64,000 nt of DNA from an uncultured Candidatus Entotheonella sp. (lineage in GTDB: Bacteria > Tectomicrobia > Entotheonellia > Entotheonellales > Entotheonellaceae): contig OZ244252.1 of the NCBI GenBank assembly GCA_965217185.1, forward strand, positions 2,624,001-2,688,000. The letters are read 5' to 3'. A program made the position numbers and the translations under genes. The notes beneath the pieces were generated by a model. The model was not told where the DNA came from. It worked only from the letters and a program-made list of their open reading frames with translations, and did no database searches. This document shows, one piece after another, positions 30,113 through 38,743 of this stretch. How positions within the stretch are numbered: the first letter of the stretch is position 1; each line of letters begins with the position of its first letter.

Positions 30113-31333
30113 ATGACCGTCAAACCAGAGAAGGTTGGCCTCTCATCCGCCCGTCTCGACCGCATTCGCGGCCACTTTCAGCGCTACATCGACGACGGCA
30201 AGCTCGCCGGCACCCTGACCTTGGTGGTTCGCCATGGCGAAATCGCCTTCTTCGAACCGCAAGGCCACCTCGAACTCGAACGCCGGCGGCCCATGCAGCG
30301 CGACACCGTCTTTCGCATCTATTCGATGAGCAAGCCTATCACCACCGTCGCTCTCATGATGCTGGTCGAACAGGGCCTGTGCCAGCTCGACGACCCCGTG
30401 CAGCGCTTCATCCCCGCTTGGGAGGGTTTACGGGTGTTCGTCGGCGGCAACTACCCAACCTACCTCACGGCGCCGGTGGCGCGTCCCATGGCCATCCGCG
30501 ACCTGCTCAATCACACTTCCGGCCTCACCTACGGCTTCATGGAGCGCACCAACGTCGACGCCGCCTACCGCAGCCTGCGCATCGCCGACCGAAGCCGGCC
30601 CGACTACACCCTCCAGGACATGGTGGACACCCTGGCGGAACTGCCGCTGGAGTTCTCGCCCGGCACGCGCTGGAATTACTCAGTCGCCACGGACGTGGCC
30701 GGGTACCTGGTCGAGATGGTCTCCGGTCAGCGCTTCGATGCCTACCTGCGTGAGCACGTTTTCCAGCCGCTGGGCATGACCGACACGGCCTTCACCGTAG
30801 CCGACGCGCAGCTTGAGCGCTTCGCCTGCAACTACGAACGGCTGCGTGACGGGAGGCTGCTGCTCGCCGATGCCCCGGACAGCAGCGAGTTTCGCAGCGG
30901 CAGCTTCTTTTCGGGCGGCGGCGGCCTAGTCTCCACGGCGCCGGATTATCTGCGTTTTACGCTCATGCTGCGCAACCGCGGCGAGCTGGATGGCGTCCGT
31001 CTGCTGAGCCGCAAGACGGTGGACCTGATGACCATGAACCACCTGCCCGGCGGGCAGGACCTGACGGCGCTGGCGCAGGCCGGCATGTTCACCGAGACCG
31101 CCTATGCCGGCGTGGGTTTCGGCCTGGGATTTTCCGTCATGCTGGATCCGGCGCGAGCGCAGGTGCTCGGCACGCCGGGCGAATTCGCTTGGGGCGGCGC
31201 CGCCAGCACGGCCTTCTGGGTCGATCCCGTCGAGGACCTCATCGTAATTTTCATGACTCAGCTGATGCCGTCGTCGTCCTACCCCATTCGTCGCGAGTTG
31301 CGCACCCTCACCTACGCCGCTCTGGTGGATTAG
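30113..31333 (+). CDS. Serine hydrolase (beta-lactamase class C-like esterase)
   Basis: SMSK (SxxK), LLNHTSGL, PGTRWNYS, WGGAAST. Confidence 0.93.
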   Translation: MTVKPEKVGLSSARLDRIRGHFQRYIDDGKLAGTLTLVVRHGEIAFFEPQGHLELERRRPMQRDTVFRIYSMSKPITTVALMMLVEQGLCQLDDPVQRFIPAWEGLRVFVGGNYPTYLTAPVARPMAIRDLLNHTSGLTYGFMERTNVDAAYRSLRIADRSRPDYTLQDMVDTLAELPLEFSPGTRWNYSVATDVAGYLVEMVSGQRFDAYLREHVFQPLGMTDTAFTVADAQLERFACNYERLRDGRLLLADAPDSSEFRSGSFFSGGGGLVSTAPDYLRFTLMLRNRGELDGVRLLSRKTVDLMTMNHLPGGQDLTALAQAGMFTETAYAGVGFGLGFSVMLDPARAQVLGTPGEFAWGGAASTAFWVDPVEDLIVIFMTQLMPSSSYPIRRELRTLTYAALVD

Positions 31334-31370
31334 ACGCATGCTGTATCCGATCGAACCATGAGGACATGCC

Positions 31371-33812
31371 ATGGCATACGAACTGACGATTGCCTGCGGC
31401 GTCGCGCTCGCCGCCGTGTTGATTGGCCGTTATCTGACCCGCGGCGCTGACTCGCTCGTCGCCCGCGTCGTGCGCCGCGCGCCATGGTTCCTCGCCCCGC
31501 TGTTCCTGGTGGCGCTGCTGTTCTCGCTGCACCACTACTGGCTCGGGGCCACGGCGGACATCGTGAGAACCGGCACGACAATCGGCCAGCTCGAGGACGC
31601 CATCGCCAAGGTGCAGTTCCCTCCCCTGTTGCATACGGCTCTGCGGGGTCAGAATGCCCTTGCCCTCGTGACCGTCCTGATCGTCCTCGCGGCGCTGTTG
31701 TTCGTCAGGCCCGGCACCCCGCACCTCGGTATCGGCAAAGGGGCCACCGCCGGCGTCGGCGTCCTCTACGTGGTTGTCACGATGATCGGGTCGGGCGCCC
31801 TTCTGGGCCATATCGCAGTGCGGGGCATTGACGCCAGGGTCGAGCGCCTCAAAGCCCAGGTCGACGACATCGAACGCAAGACATCGGTTTATAAGATGGA
31901 GGTCGAAGACGCGGCGCGGGAAATCGTCAAGGAAGCGCTCATCGAAGCCCTTGACGTCACGTCCATCCAGGCACAACTCGACGCCGTGCGGGCCAGCCTG
32001 CGGGCCGCCCAGGAAGAGCTCGAGCCGTACAGGTACCTGTTCCAATCCGCCGAGCGGCCCTTTGGGGGCGACAGCCTCGAATCGGGCTTTACCGACACTT
32101 GGCGGGGCATCCAGAACACCATCACAGAGATGCACTGGGACCGGAAACCCGCCAGGGCCGCCATCCCCGACGTTGGCCGTTCTGCCTGGTCGACGCTGCG
32201 GCTCTACGAGGCCAGCACGGCCCTGCGGAATTACAAGCTGTCCCGGTCCAAGGAAGAGCCCTCCGAATTGCACGACACGTTGGCCAAGACGTTCGACGTC
32301 GTCTATGCCGCGGCCGGCAAGCCGGATTTCACGGCCACGCTCGAAGTCGGCCATGGCTATCCTCTGGCACCCCTGGTCGTATCGCTCGTGGACGTGTGGT
32401 ACGAACCGCTGAAAGCCCTGTCGGCGACGCAGGCCGAGACCTTGTTTTACGCCACCGTGGTGGAGCGGCAACCGTTTGCAGACGTCGCAGCCATCGCACT
32501 AACCCAGGCGCGTGAAGCCATGACGCCACTCAAGTCGGACTTGCAGCCGGGGCTTGAGCAAGTCGCCAGGGGTCTGCGGCGGCTTGAGGGGGAGGCCGCG
32601 CGCTTGCCGCAATCCTTCCGCCGCTTTGCCGAGCGAACCTACCCGGAACGACTGCAAACCTTTCGCAGTAACTGGCACCGGGTCCTGAGCTTTTCCACCC
32701 CCGCCGCGGCGCGCGCGGCAACAGCGTTGCGGGAGCAAACCGAGGCCCTTCTCGAGGCGCCGGCAGACCCCTTCGAGAAGCACGAGCAACTCAATGCGTA
32801 CGAACAAACCCTGCAAACCCTGGCGGGCCGGGTGGACGACAATTCCCGCTACCAGGCGCTGTTGCGGTTCGAGCAGCAGCTTCTCGATGGTCAGTCTGGA
32901 ACCCGCTCCTTCGCCCGTTTCACCAAGGAACACGTGGAATCCCGGTTGGCGGCGCAGCCCGACGCGGAGAACGGCGGGCTTGCCGAAGACGAATCGCTGG
33001 CGGAGTTGGAAGTACGGAGTCAGTGGTTGGAGACGCATCGTCTGGCGGCAGCAGGGTTGCTTGACGACGCGGACACAGCATGGGAGCCCGGCGAGCGCGA
33101 TCGTATTTTGAGGCATCTGGCGCTCGATCTGCAGTTTTTCACGCGCGCCATTCGAGAACGCTACAAGCCGGAAACGTACACGACCGACGAACTGAGAAAA
33201 CGCATTCGCCGCTATAGCAGGCTTGCCAGTGCTCTGGAGCCCGAAAATCTGCAGGGGGGCGAGTTTGTAGACACCATATCGGGAAACCTCACTGGGCGCT
33301 CAGCGAAGGGCGCCCTGCGGTTTGAGATCGTCTACTTGGTAGCCAGAGCCGAAGCAAGGCTGCGGCTGTCGCCGTCCAAAGCCTCTCTGCAACTGGCGGA
33401 TATCTTGCACCAGGAGCGCGACCTCATCGCCGTTTATCAGAACGGCTCGGAAGGCAGTTACGTAAAGGCATTGTTCGACCTGTGGGAAGAGGCCGACCTG
33501 CAACCAGAATTGGGGGCGCAGGTTTCGGAAACCGTCGTTGACTCCATCGAGGATAATAGCAAGCGACTGCAGGTGCCCGCCGTGGGCGCCGTACGCGCCC
33601 TGCGCCGCTTGGTCCAGCAATCCAAGGGCAAAGCGCGGGAAGTCACCCGCCTGCGCCGGGAACTGGCTGCGCTCGAAACGTCGGACGCTGCACTCAACAA
33701 GGTGCTCACCGCGTCCCACGCGCAGTTCCTGTGGCTGCAGGAGCAAATTCGACAGGACTGGGCCAAAACACGCCGCCAACTGCATATCAGCGCGGCTTAC
33801 CGGTCGCGCTGA
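31371..33812 (+). CDS. Large hypothetical membrane-anchored helical/coiled-coil protein, 813 aa
   Basis: Long ORF with about four N-terminal hydrophobic helices; no recognised motif. Confidence 0.75.
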   Translation: MAYELTIACGVALAAVLIGRYLTRGADSLVARVVRRAPWFLAPLFLVALLFSLHHYWLGATADIVRTGTTIGQLEDAIAKVQFPPLLHTALRGQNALALVTVLIVLAALLFVRPGTPHLGIGKGATAGVGVLYVVVTMIGSGALLGHIAVRGIDARVERLKAQVDDIERKTSVYKMEVEDAAREIVKEALIEALDVTSIQAQLDAVRASLRAAQEELEPYRYLFQSAERPFGGDSLESGFTDTWRGIQNTITEMHWDRKPARAAIPDVGRSAWSTLRLYEASTALRNYKLSRSKEEPSELHDTLAKTFDVVYAAAGKPDFTATLEVGHGYPLAPLVVSLVDVWYEPLKALSATQAETLFYATVVERQPFADVAAIALTQAREAMTPLKSDLQPGLEQVARGLRRLEGEAARLPQSFRRFAERTYPERLQTFRSNWHRVLSFSTPAAARAATALREQTEALLEAPADPFEKHEQLNAYEQTLQTLAGRVDDNSRYQALLRFEQQLLDGQSGTRSFARFTKEHVESRLAAQPDAENGGLAEDESLAELEVRSQWLETHRLAAAGLLDDADTAWEPGERDRILRHLALDLQFFTRAIRERYKPETYTTDELRKRIRRYSRLASALEPENLQGGEFVDTISGNLTGRSAKGALRFEIVYLVARAEARLRLSPSKASLQLADILHQERDLIAVYQNGSEGSYVKALFDLWEEADLQPELGAQVSETVVDSIEDNSKRLQVPAVGAVRALRRLVQQSKGKAREVTRLRRELAALETSDAALNKVLTASHAQFLWLQEQIRQDWAKTRRQLHISAAYRSR

Positions 33813-34021
33813 TCCGGCTTGGGAAGGCCCTTACAGCCTGTCAAGGCAATCGAAAATTGCACGCATTGAGGGGAGCGCGGCCGCTGCGAACCCGCCAATG
33901 TCGGTTTCGGCCAGTATTTGGGAGTGCTTTCGGCGTTCCTGGGGAGTCGTTGCGGGTTGATATGAGGGGTGCTATTCGAAGTTAAGGTTCGATTTTCCGA
34001 CAGGATCGGGAGGCCAAGACA

Positions 34022-34243
34022 ATGATCGACGAAACCGACGAAATAGAGAACGAACCCACGATGAAACCGGCGACTGCCGGAGAACGCCTACGAAAGACCC
34101 TGGAGCGAATGGCGCAGGGCAGCGGCGGCGATGCCGCGAGGGCAGCTCTCGCGCTTGCGCTGTGGGATAACGTGGGCGTGCCGACCCGGGTTCAAAACCT
34201 CATCAGCCAGATGGGGCACGAAGGCACTGGAGCGGATTCTTAG
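34022..34243 (+). CDS. Hypothetical protein, 73 aa
   Basis: GGAGG RBS before ATG. Confidence 0.45.
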   Translation: MIDETDEIENEPTMKPATAGERLRKTLERMAQGSGGDAARAALALALWDNVGVPTRVQNLISQMGHEGTGADS

Positions 34244-34475
34244 TCTTCGGATGCCATGGTTCCCGCCGTGCCAAACTGAAAGCACCAGAACCGACCTTAT
34301 GGGAATCAGGAAGGAGGTGCTCACCAAAGAACGACGGGCCGGCGATCCCCTAACGCGGGACCTCGAAGCAAGCCGGAGGTCCCGACACATCCACCACAAC
34401 GCCTTCAACGCCTCATTCCACCCTTCTGCATACTGACATGCCAAGGCCAACCCTTCGCCGACCGGGAGGAACCCC

Positions 34476-35774
34476 ATGAAAGGCACCCTTGAACGCTATT
34501 TCGACTTAGCGCAGCGCGGCACCAACGTGCGGACGGAGGTGACGGCAGGCGTGACAACGTTTCTGACGATGGCCTACATCGCCTTCGTGAACCCGCAGAT
34601 TCTCTCCGACGCCGGCATGCCGTTCGACGCGGTGTTCGTGGCCACCTGTATCGCGGCAGCGCTCAGCACGCTGCTGATGGGCCTGTACGCCAACTACCCG
34701 ATCGCGCTGGCACCGGGCATGGGGCTCAACGCATTCTTCGCCTATGGCGTCGTCCTCGGCATGGGGCACACCTGGCAAGTCGCGCTCGGCGCCGTTTTCC
34801 TTTCCGGCCTGTTATTCCTCGCCCTGAGTGTGCTGCCGGTGCGGCGCTGGATCATCGAGGCGATTCCGCAGGGGCAAAAGCTGGCCATCGCCGCCGGGAT
34901 CGGCCTGTTTCTGGGCATCATCGCGCTGCGCAACGCCGGCATCATTCAGGGGAGCGAGGCAACGCTGGTCACCGTCGGCGAACTGACGGCACCAGCGCCC
35001 ATACTCGCCCTGCTCGGCTTCTGCACAATCGTGGCGCTCGCGTCGCGCCAAGTGCCGGGCGCCGCGGTCATCGGCATGCTGGGCGTCACCGTCGTCGGCA
35101 TTATTTTCGGCGTGTCCGAATGGCGAGGCGTCGCATCCCTGCCACCCGATCCGACGCCAACCCTGTTTGCCCTCGACCTCGGCGGGGCGCTGCAAGCGGG
35201 CATGATCGCGGTCATCCTGACGTTCCTGATCGTTGACCTGTTCGATACGGCCGGCACGCTGATCGGCGTTGCTCACCAAGCAAACCTTCTCGACGAGAAC
35301 GGACAGCTTCCACGCATGCAGAACGCCCTGATTGCCGACTCCGCGGGAACGGTGGGCGGCGCTTTGCTCGGCACCTCACCGGTAACGAGCTACATCGAAA
35401 GCGCCGCGGGAGCGAGCGCGGGCGGTCGCACGGGCCTGACCGCGGTCGTCGTGGCGATCCTGTTCCTCGCCTGCCTGTTCTTCGCGCCGCTGGCTGGATC
35501 CATCCCGCCCTACGCGACGGCGGCGGCCATCCTCTACGTGGCGTGCCTTATGACGCGGCCGCTGGTGGACGTGGACTGGCAAGACGTCACCGAGTCCGCC
35601 GCCGCGGTCGTCACCGTCATCGCCATCCCGCTGACCTTCTCCATCGCCGACGGCATCGGAATCGGCTTTCTGACCTACGTCGTGATCAAGTTGATCGCGG
35701 GACGCTGGGGCGATTGCTCACCGACACTGATCGCGGTGGCGCTGCTCTTCGCCGTGAAGTTCGCGTGGCTATGA
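34476..35774 (+). CDS. NCS2/AzgA family purine permease
   Basis: TTFLTMAYI, APGMGLNAFF, DLFDTAGT, YIESAAG...GGRTG. Confidence 0.95.
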   Translation: MKGTLERYFDLAQRGTNVRTEVTAGVTTFLTMAYIAFVNPQILSDAGMPFDAVFVATCIAAALSTLLMGLYANYPIALAPGMGLNAFFAYGVVLGMGHTWQVALGAVFLSGLLFLALSVLPVRRWIIEAIPQGQKLAIAAGIGLFLGIIALRNAGIIQGSEATLVTVGELTAPAPILALLGFCTIVALASRQVPGAAVIGMLGVTVVGIIFGVSEWRGVASLPPDPTPTLFALDLGGALQAGMIAVILTFLIVDLFDTAGTLIGVAHQANLLDENGQLPRMQNALIADSAGTVGGALLGTSPVTSYIESAAGASAGGRTGLTAVVVAILFLACLFFAPLAGSIPPYATAAAILYVACLMTRPLVDVDWQDVTESAAAVVTVIAIPLTFSIADGIGIGFLTYVVIKLIAGRWGDCSPTLIAVALLFAVKFAWL

Positions 35775-35776
35775 CC

Positions 35777-35813
35777 GTAGGTCGGATTAGCGCAGCGTAA
35801 TCCGACATTCCGC
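35777..35813 (+). repeat. GTAG-type REP palindrome
   Basis: GTAGGTCGGATTAGCGCAGCGTAATCCGACATTCCGC, 2 bp after the permease stop. Confidence 0.9.
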
Positions 35814-35853
35814 TGCGCCCCGCGGGCCTCCTGTCCCGAACCTTGGATCAGAG

Positions 35854-35876
35854 CTTGTCCCGTACTTGATACGGGG
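35854..35876. repeat. Second palindromic repeat family (CTTGTCCCGTACTTGATACGGGG)
   Basis: Matches the reverse complement of CCCCGGATCGAGTCCGGGACAGG near 37621 with few mismatches. Confidence 0.55.
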
Positions 35877-35972
35877 TCAAGCCCGGACCACTTGGGGGGG
35901 CAGACGGTTCCATTTTCATGGAGATGGGCTGCCGGCGTAGCGGCGGCCGTACTCAAGGCGCGCCGCCGCCCA

Positions 35973-36785
35973 TCAAACCATGAAATTCATGTGTGAAACG
36001 ATAGACTCCCCCAGCGCCCGGTCGCCGTCGATGCGGACCTTGCCCGATGCCAGAGCGTGGCTGTCCTCCCAGCGGCCGTTCCCCAAGCAGGTAAACGTTT
36101 CCACGTCCATGGTGAGACGCACGTTCGGGTTGGCCGGGGGCGTATCGAGGAAGTTGGCGCGTCCGCCGTCAACGCTGATCGCCATCGTGCGACCGGCTGG
36201 ACCGGCGACTTCGAACACGACGGTCGTGCCGTCGGGAGCGGCGGCCTTCTTGCCCACGACGAAGGGCATCGCCCGGGCCATGCGGTCCATGGAATGCACC
36301 ACCACCGGGCCCTCCATGTGGCCGGGGCGCCCGACGGCCCGGCGTACGTCCTGCTCGTGCACCCAGCAATCGAAGATGCGAATGACCATGAAGTCGCGTT
36401 TCGTGCCGGGCCCTACTGGCGTCTGCGTAGGCTCCGAAAAATCGTCGGCGCTCATGCTGCGCAGATGTCGCAGGCGCGCCGCCGTCACCTCACGGAACGC
36501 CTCAAGCACGTCCGCGCCCGAACGCGGGCGCAGGAAATCCACCCACACCTCGTTGCCCTTGCCGATGTCGTTCTTGACGTGTTCCATGTCCTGCGGCGTG
36601 TGATCCGGCACCGGGCGGCCAGCCAGCCGCGACTCGGTGCCGACGACGTGCGCCACGTGATCCTGCACCGACCACTTCGGGCAGTCGGTTGCGAGCTTCC
36701 ACTCCCGCTCGCTGAGCGTTGCGCACAATCCCGCCATCGAATCCCAAACCCGCTCCAATTTATCCACGATTTCCTGAGCGCTCAT
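35973..36785 (-). CDS. Maleylpyruvate isomerase (MDMPI/DinB-like) family enzyme with SCP2-like C-terminus
   Basis: TDCPKWSVQDHVAHV, DCWVHEQDVRRA. Confidence 0.88.
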   Translation of the reverse strand: MSAQEIVDKLERVWDSMAGLCATLSEREWKLATDCPKWSVQDHVAHVVGTESRLAGRPVPDHTPQDMEHVKNDIGKGNEVWVDFLRPRSGADVLEAFREVTAARLRHLRSMSADDFSEPTQTPVGPGTKRDFMVIRIFDCWVHEQDVRRAVGRPGHMEGPVVVHSMDRMARAMPFVVGKKAAAPDGTTVVFEVAGPAGRTMAISVDGGRANFLDTPPANPNVRLTMDVETFTCLGNGRWEDSHALASGKVRIDGDRALGESIVSHMNFMV

Positions 36786-36797
36786 ATTTTCTCCTTA

Positions 36798-37524
36798 GCT
36801 CGACTTTGTACAAAATGAGAGAGTATCCAGGGGCATCGTCCCTGCCTTGCAAGATGGCAGGTTCCACCAAACCATCTTGCAGCGAGGTCAGCGATGCCCC
36901 CTTCAGCACACACTACCACCCTACTGGCACCCTTTCGAAGTCTCTTCAGCGCACCCACTTGGCGCAAAGTCCAACGCCTGCTCATCGGAACCCTGTTGGC
37001 CTACGGACGACGCACCGTCACCGCAGCCCTGCGACACACGGGCCAGGGTGATACGGCGTCCTTCAGTCTCTACCATCAGGTGTTCAACCGTGCTCGCTGG
37101 TCCGCTCTCAAAGGCAGTCGCTGTCTGCTGTCCCTGCTGGTGCAGACCTTTGGTGCCGCTGGCGGCAGCCTCACGTTCGTCATTGACGAAACGCTGGAGA
37201 GACGCTGGGGCCGACGTATCAACAAGCGCGGTCATTACCGCGACCCGCTGGCTTCCAGCCGCAAGCGCACCGTCAGCACCAGTGGGCTACGCTGGATTGT
37301 GTTGACCCTGGTCATCACGCCGCCCTGGACGACGCGTTGTTGAGCCTTGCCCGTCTTGAGTGTGCCGGTGCCAACGCCCCAGGTCAGTGAGCGCCTGGGG
37401 CTGAGACACAAGACCATAACGCCCGACACCGAGTGGGTAGAAATCCCTCGAGTCTATCTACAGGGCTTGATGCAATCGGCCTGTTATACGCACTGACCTT
37501 GACCAACTTTGTACAAAGTCGAGC
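36798..37524 (+). mobile_element. IS701-type element, internally deleted non-autonomous copy (727 bp)
   Basis: Perfect 17-bp terminal inverted repeats GCTCGACTTTGTACAAA; homologous to the 43561-45034 copy. Confidence 0.9.
36894..37496 (+). pseudogene. IS701-type transposase pseudogene
   Basis: TGG>TGA stop at 37341-37343, then a deletion joining LRHKT to TPDTEWVEIPRVYLQ. Confidence 0.9.
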
Positions 37525-37588
37525 TGAGAGCGGTTTCCGTCAACACACCAGATACGGAAACGCTCCGGTGGCCAACAAGAACGTGATC

Positions 37589-37643
37589 GTCATTGCGGAC
37601 CCTGGCCCGGAATCCACTGACCCCGGATCGAGTCCGGGACAGG
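37589..37643. repeat. GTCATT..GG/CCGGAATCC-type palindromic repeat
   Basis: GTCATTGCGGACCCTGGCCCGGAATCC...CCCCGGATCGAGTCCGGGACAGG. Confidence 0.55.
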
Positions 37644-37721
37644 CTCTTGGCCGCCGGAAAACCTGGACTCCCACCGCCGCCATGGAAATGCTCTCTGATC
37701 GCCCCCGCTGCCTCCCAGCTA

Positions 37722-37837
37722 TCGTAAATTGCGACTCGTTTTCGCATTTTGCGATTTTCCGCCTAACTCCTTCATAATCATACACGGACGAACCTATTTC
37801 CTCGCCTGATCGCTTTTTCCGATTTCGCATTTTGCGA
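37722..37837. promoter_or_regulatory. Putative enhancer-binding-protein sites
   Basis: TCGCATTTTGCGA at 37742-37754 and 37825-37837, each preceded by a degenerate copy (37722-37734, 37810-37822). Confidence 0.7.
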
Positions 37838-37916
37838 CTCTCCGAAACCTCTGACCATCCCGTATATATCCTCTAAAGATGTAATTTCAAAGGGGTTATA
37901 CCGTTTTTTAGGAGTC

Positions 37917-37932
37917 TGGCACGGTTTGTGCT
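37917..37932 (+). promoter_or_regulatory. sigma54 (-24/-12) promoter
   Basis: TGGCACGGTTTGTGCT with GG-N10-GC spacing. Confidence 0.8.
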
Positions 37933-37995
37933 CCTACTGCGGAAGCGGACTCCACTTGGCGCTACCCCAATAACCCCTTTGAAAGCTCCGATCCG

Positions 37996-38676
37996 ATGCT
38001 GAGACTGGCTGAAGAAATCATGCTCCTTCTGCTCGACGACGACGGCAGTGAGCTCACACGTATGCCCCTGTGGTCAATGCGGATGGTGTTCGCGGGCGCC
38101 GTGCTGATGGACCTGGCGCTGGAAAACCACATCGGCACGGTCTCCGACCTGAACGCGATCTTCCCCGTCGGTCCGACGCCCCTGCAAGACGATTTGCTCG
38201 ACCCGACGTTGGCCCGCATCGCCGAGGCGGGGATACGGGACACTCGCTACTGGCTCGAACGCATTGCTGAAGACAGTGACGGCATCCGCCAACGCGCCAT
38301 CGCCCGGCTTGGCGAGTGCGGCATTCTGCGCCAGCGATGGTATCACTTGCCATGGACGTTCCGTTTGCGCCGCTACCCGATCATCGACGGCAACACCCAG
38401 CGCGAGGCCAAGGCGCGCATTGTACGGGTGTTGACCGGCACCGACGTCCCGGCCGCGCGCGACGTCGCCCTCATCTGCCTCGCGGACGCCTGTGGACTCT
38501 TCAAGAAGTTACTGCCCGCCGCCGAATTGCAACGCGTTTCAGCGCGCCTCGAGCAAGTGCGCACGATGGACCTGATCGGCCGGACGCTCTCCAAGGCAAT
38601 CACCGAGTTCGACTGTCGCCCGTCTGTCAGAGGCGGTGGGGGGCACCATGCAAGACGGGCCGTCCACGACCCCTGA
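37996..38676 (+). CDS. GPP34/GOLPH3/VPS74 family protein
   Basis: LRLAEEIMLLLLDD, AGAVLMDLALENHI, DDLLD..L, RRYP, RDVALICLADAC. Confidence 0.85.
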   Translation: MLRLAEEIMLLLLDDDGSELTRMPLWSMRMVFAGAVLMDLALENHIGTVSDLNAIFPVGPTPLQDDLLDPTLARIAEAGIRDTRYWLERIAEDSDGIRQRAIARLGECGILRQRWYHLPWTFRLRRYPIIDGNTQREAKARIVRVLTGTDVPAARDVALICLADACGLFKKLLPAAELQRVSARLEQVRTMDLIGRTLSKAITEFDCRPSVRGGGGHHARRAVHDP

Positions 38677-38743
38677 TGCACGTCAACCAAAGCGGTTATG
38701 CCCAGCATTTTAAGGATTACACGATCCTAGGAGGATACACGCA

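Noticed and set aside
34244..34475. Possible purine riboswitch before the NCS2 permease
   Set aside because: A CGGGACCTC...GAGGTCCCG hairpin is present but the purine aptamer core is not.
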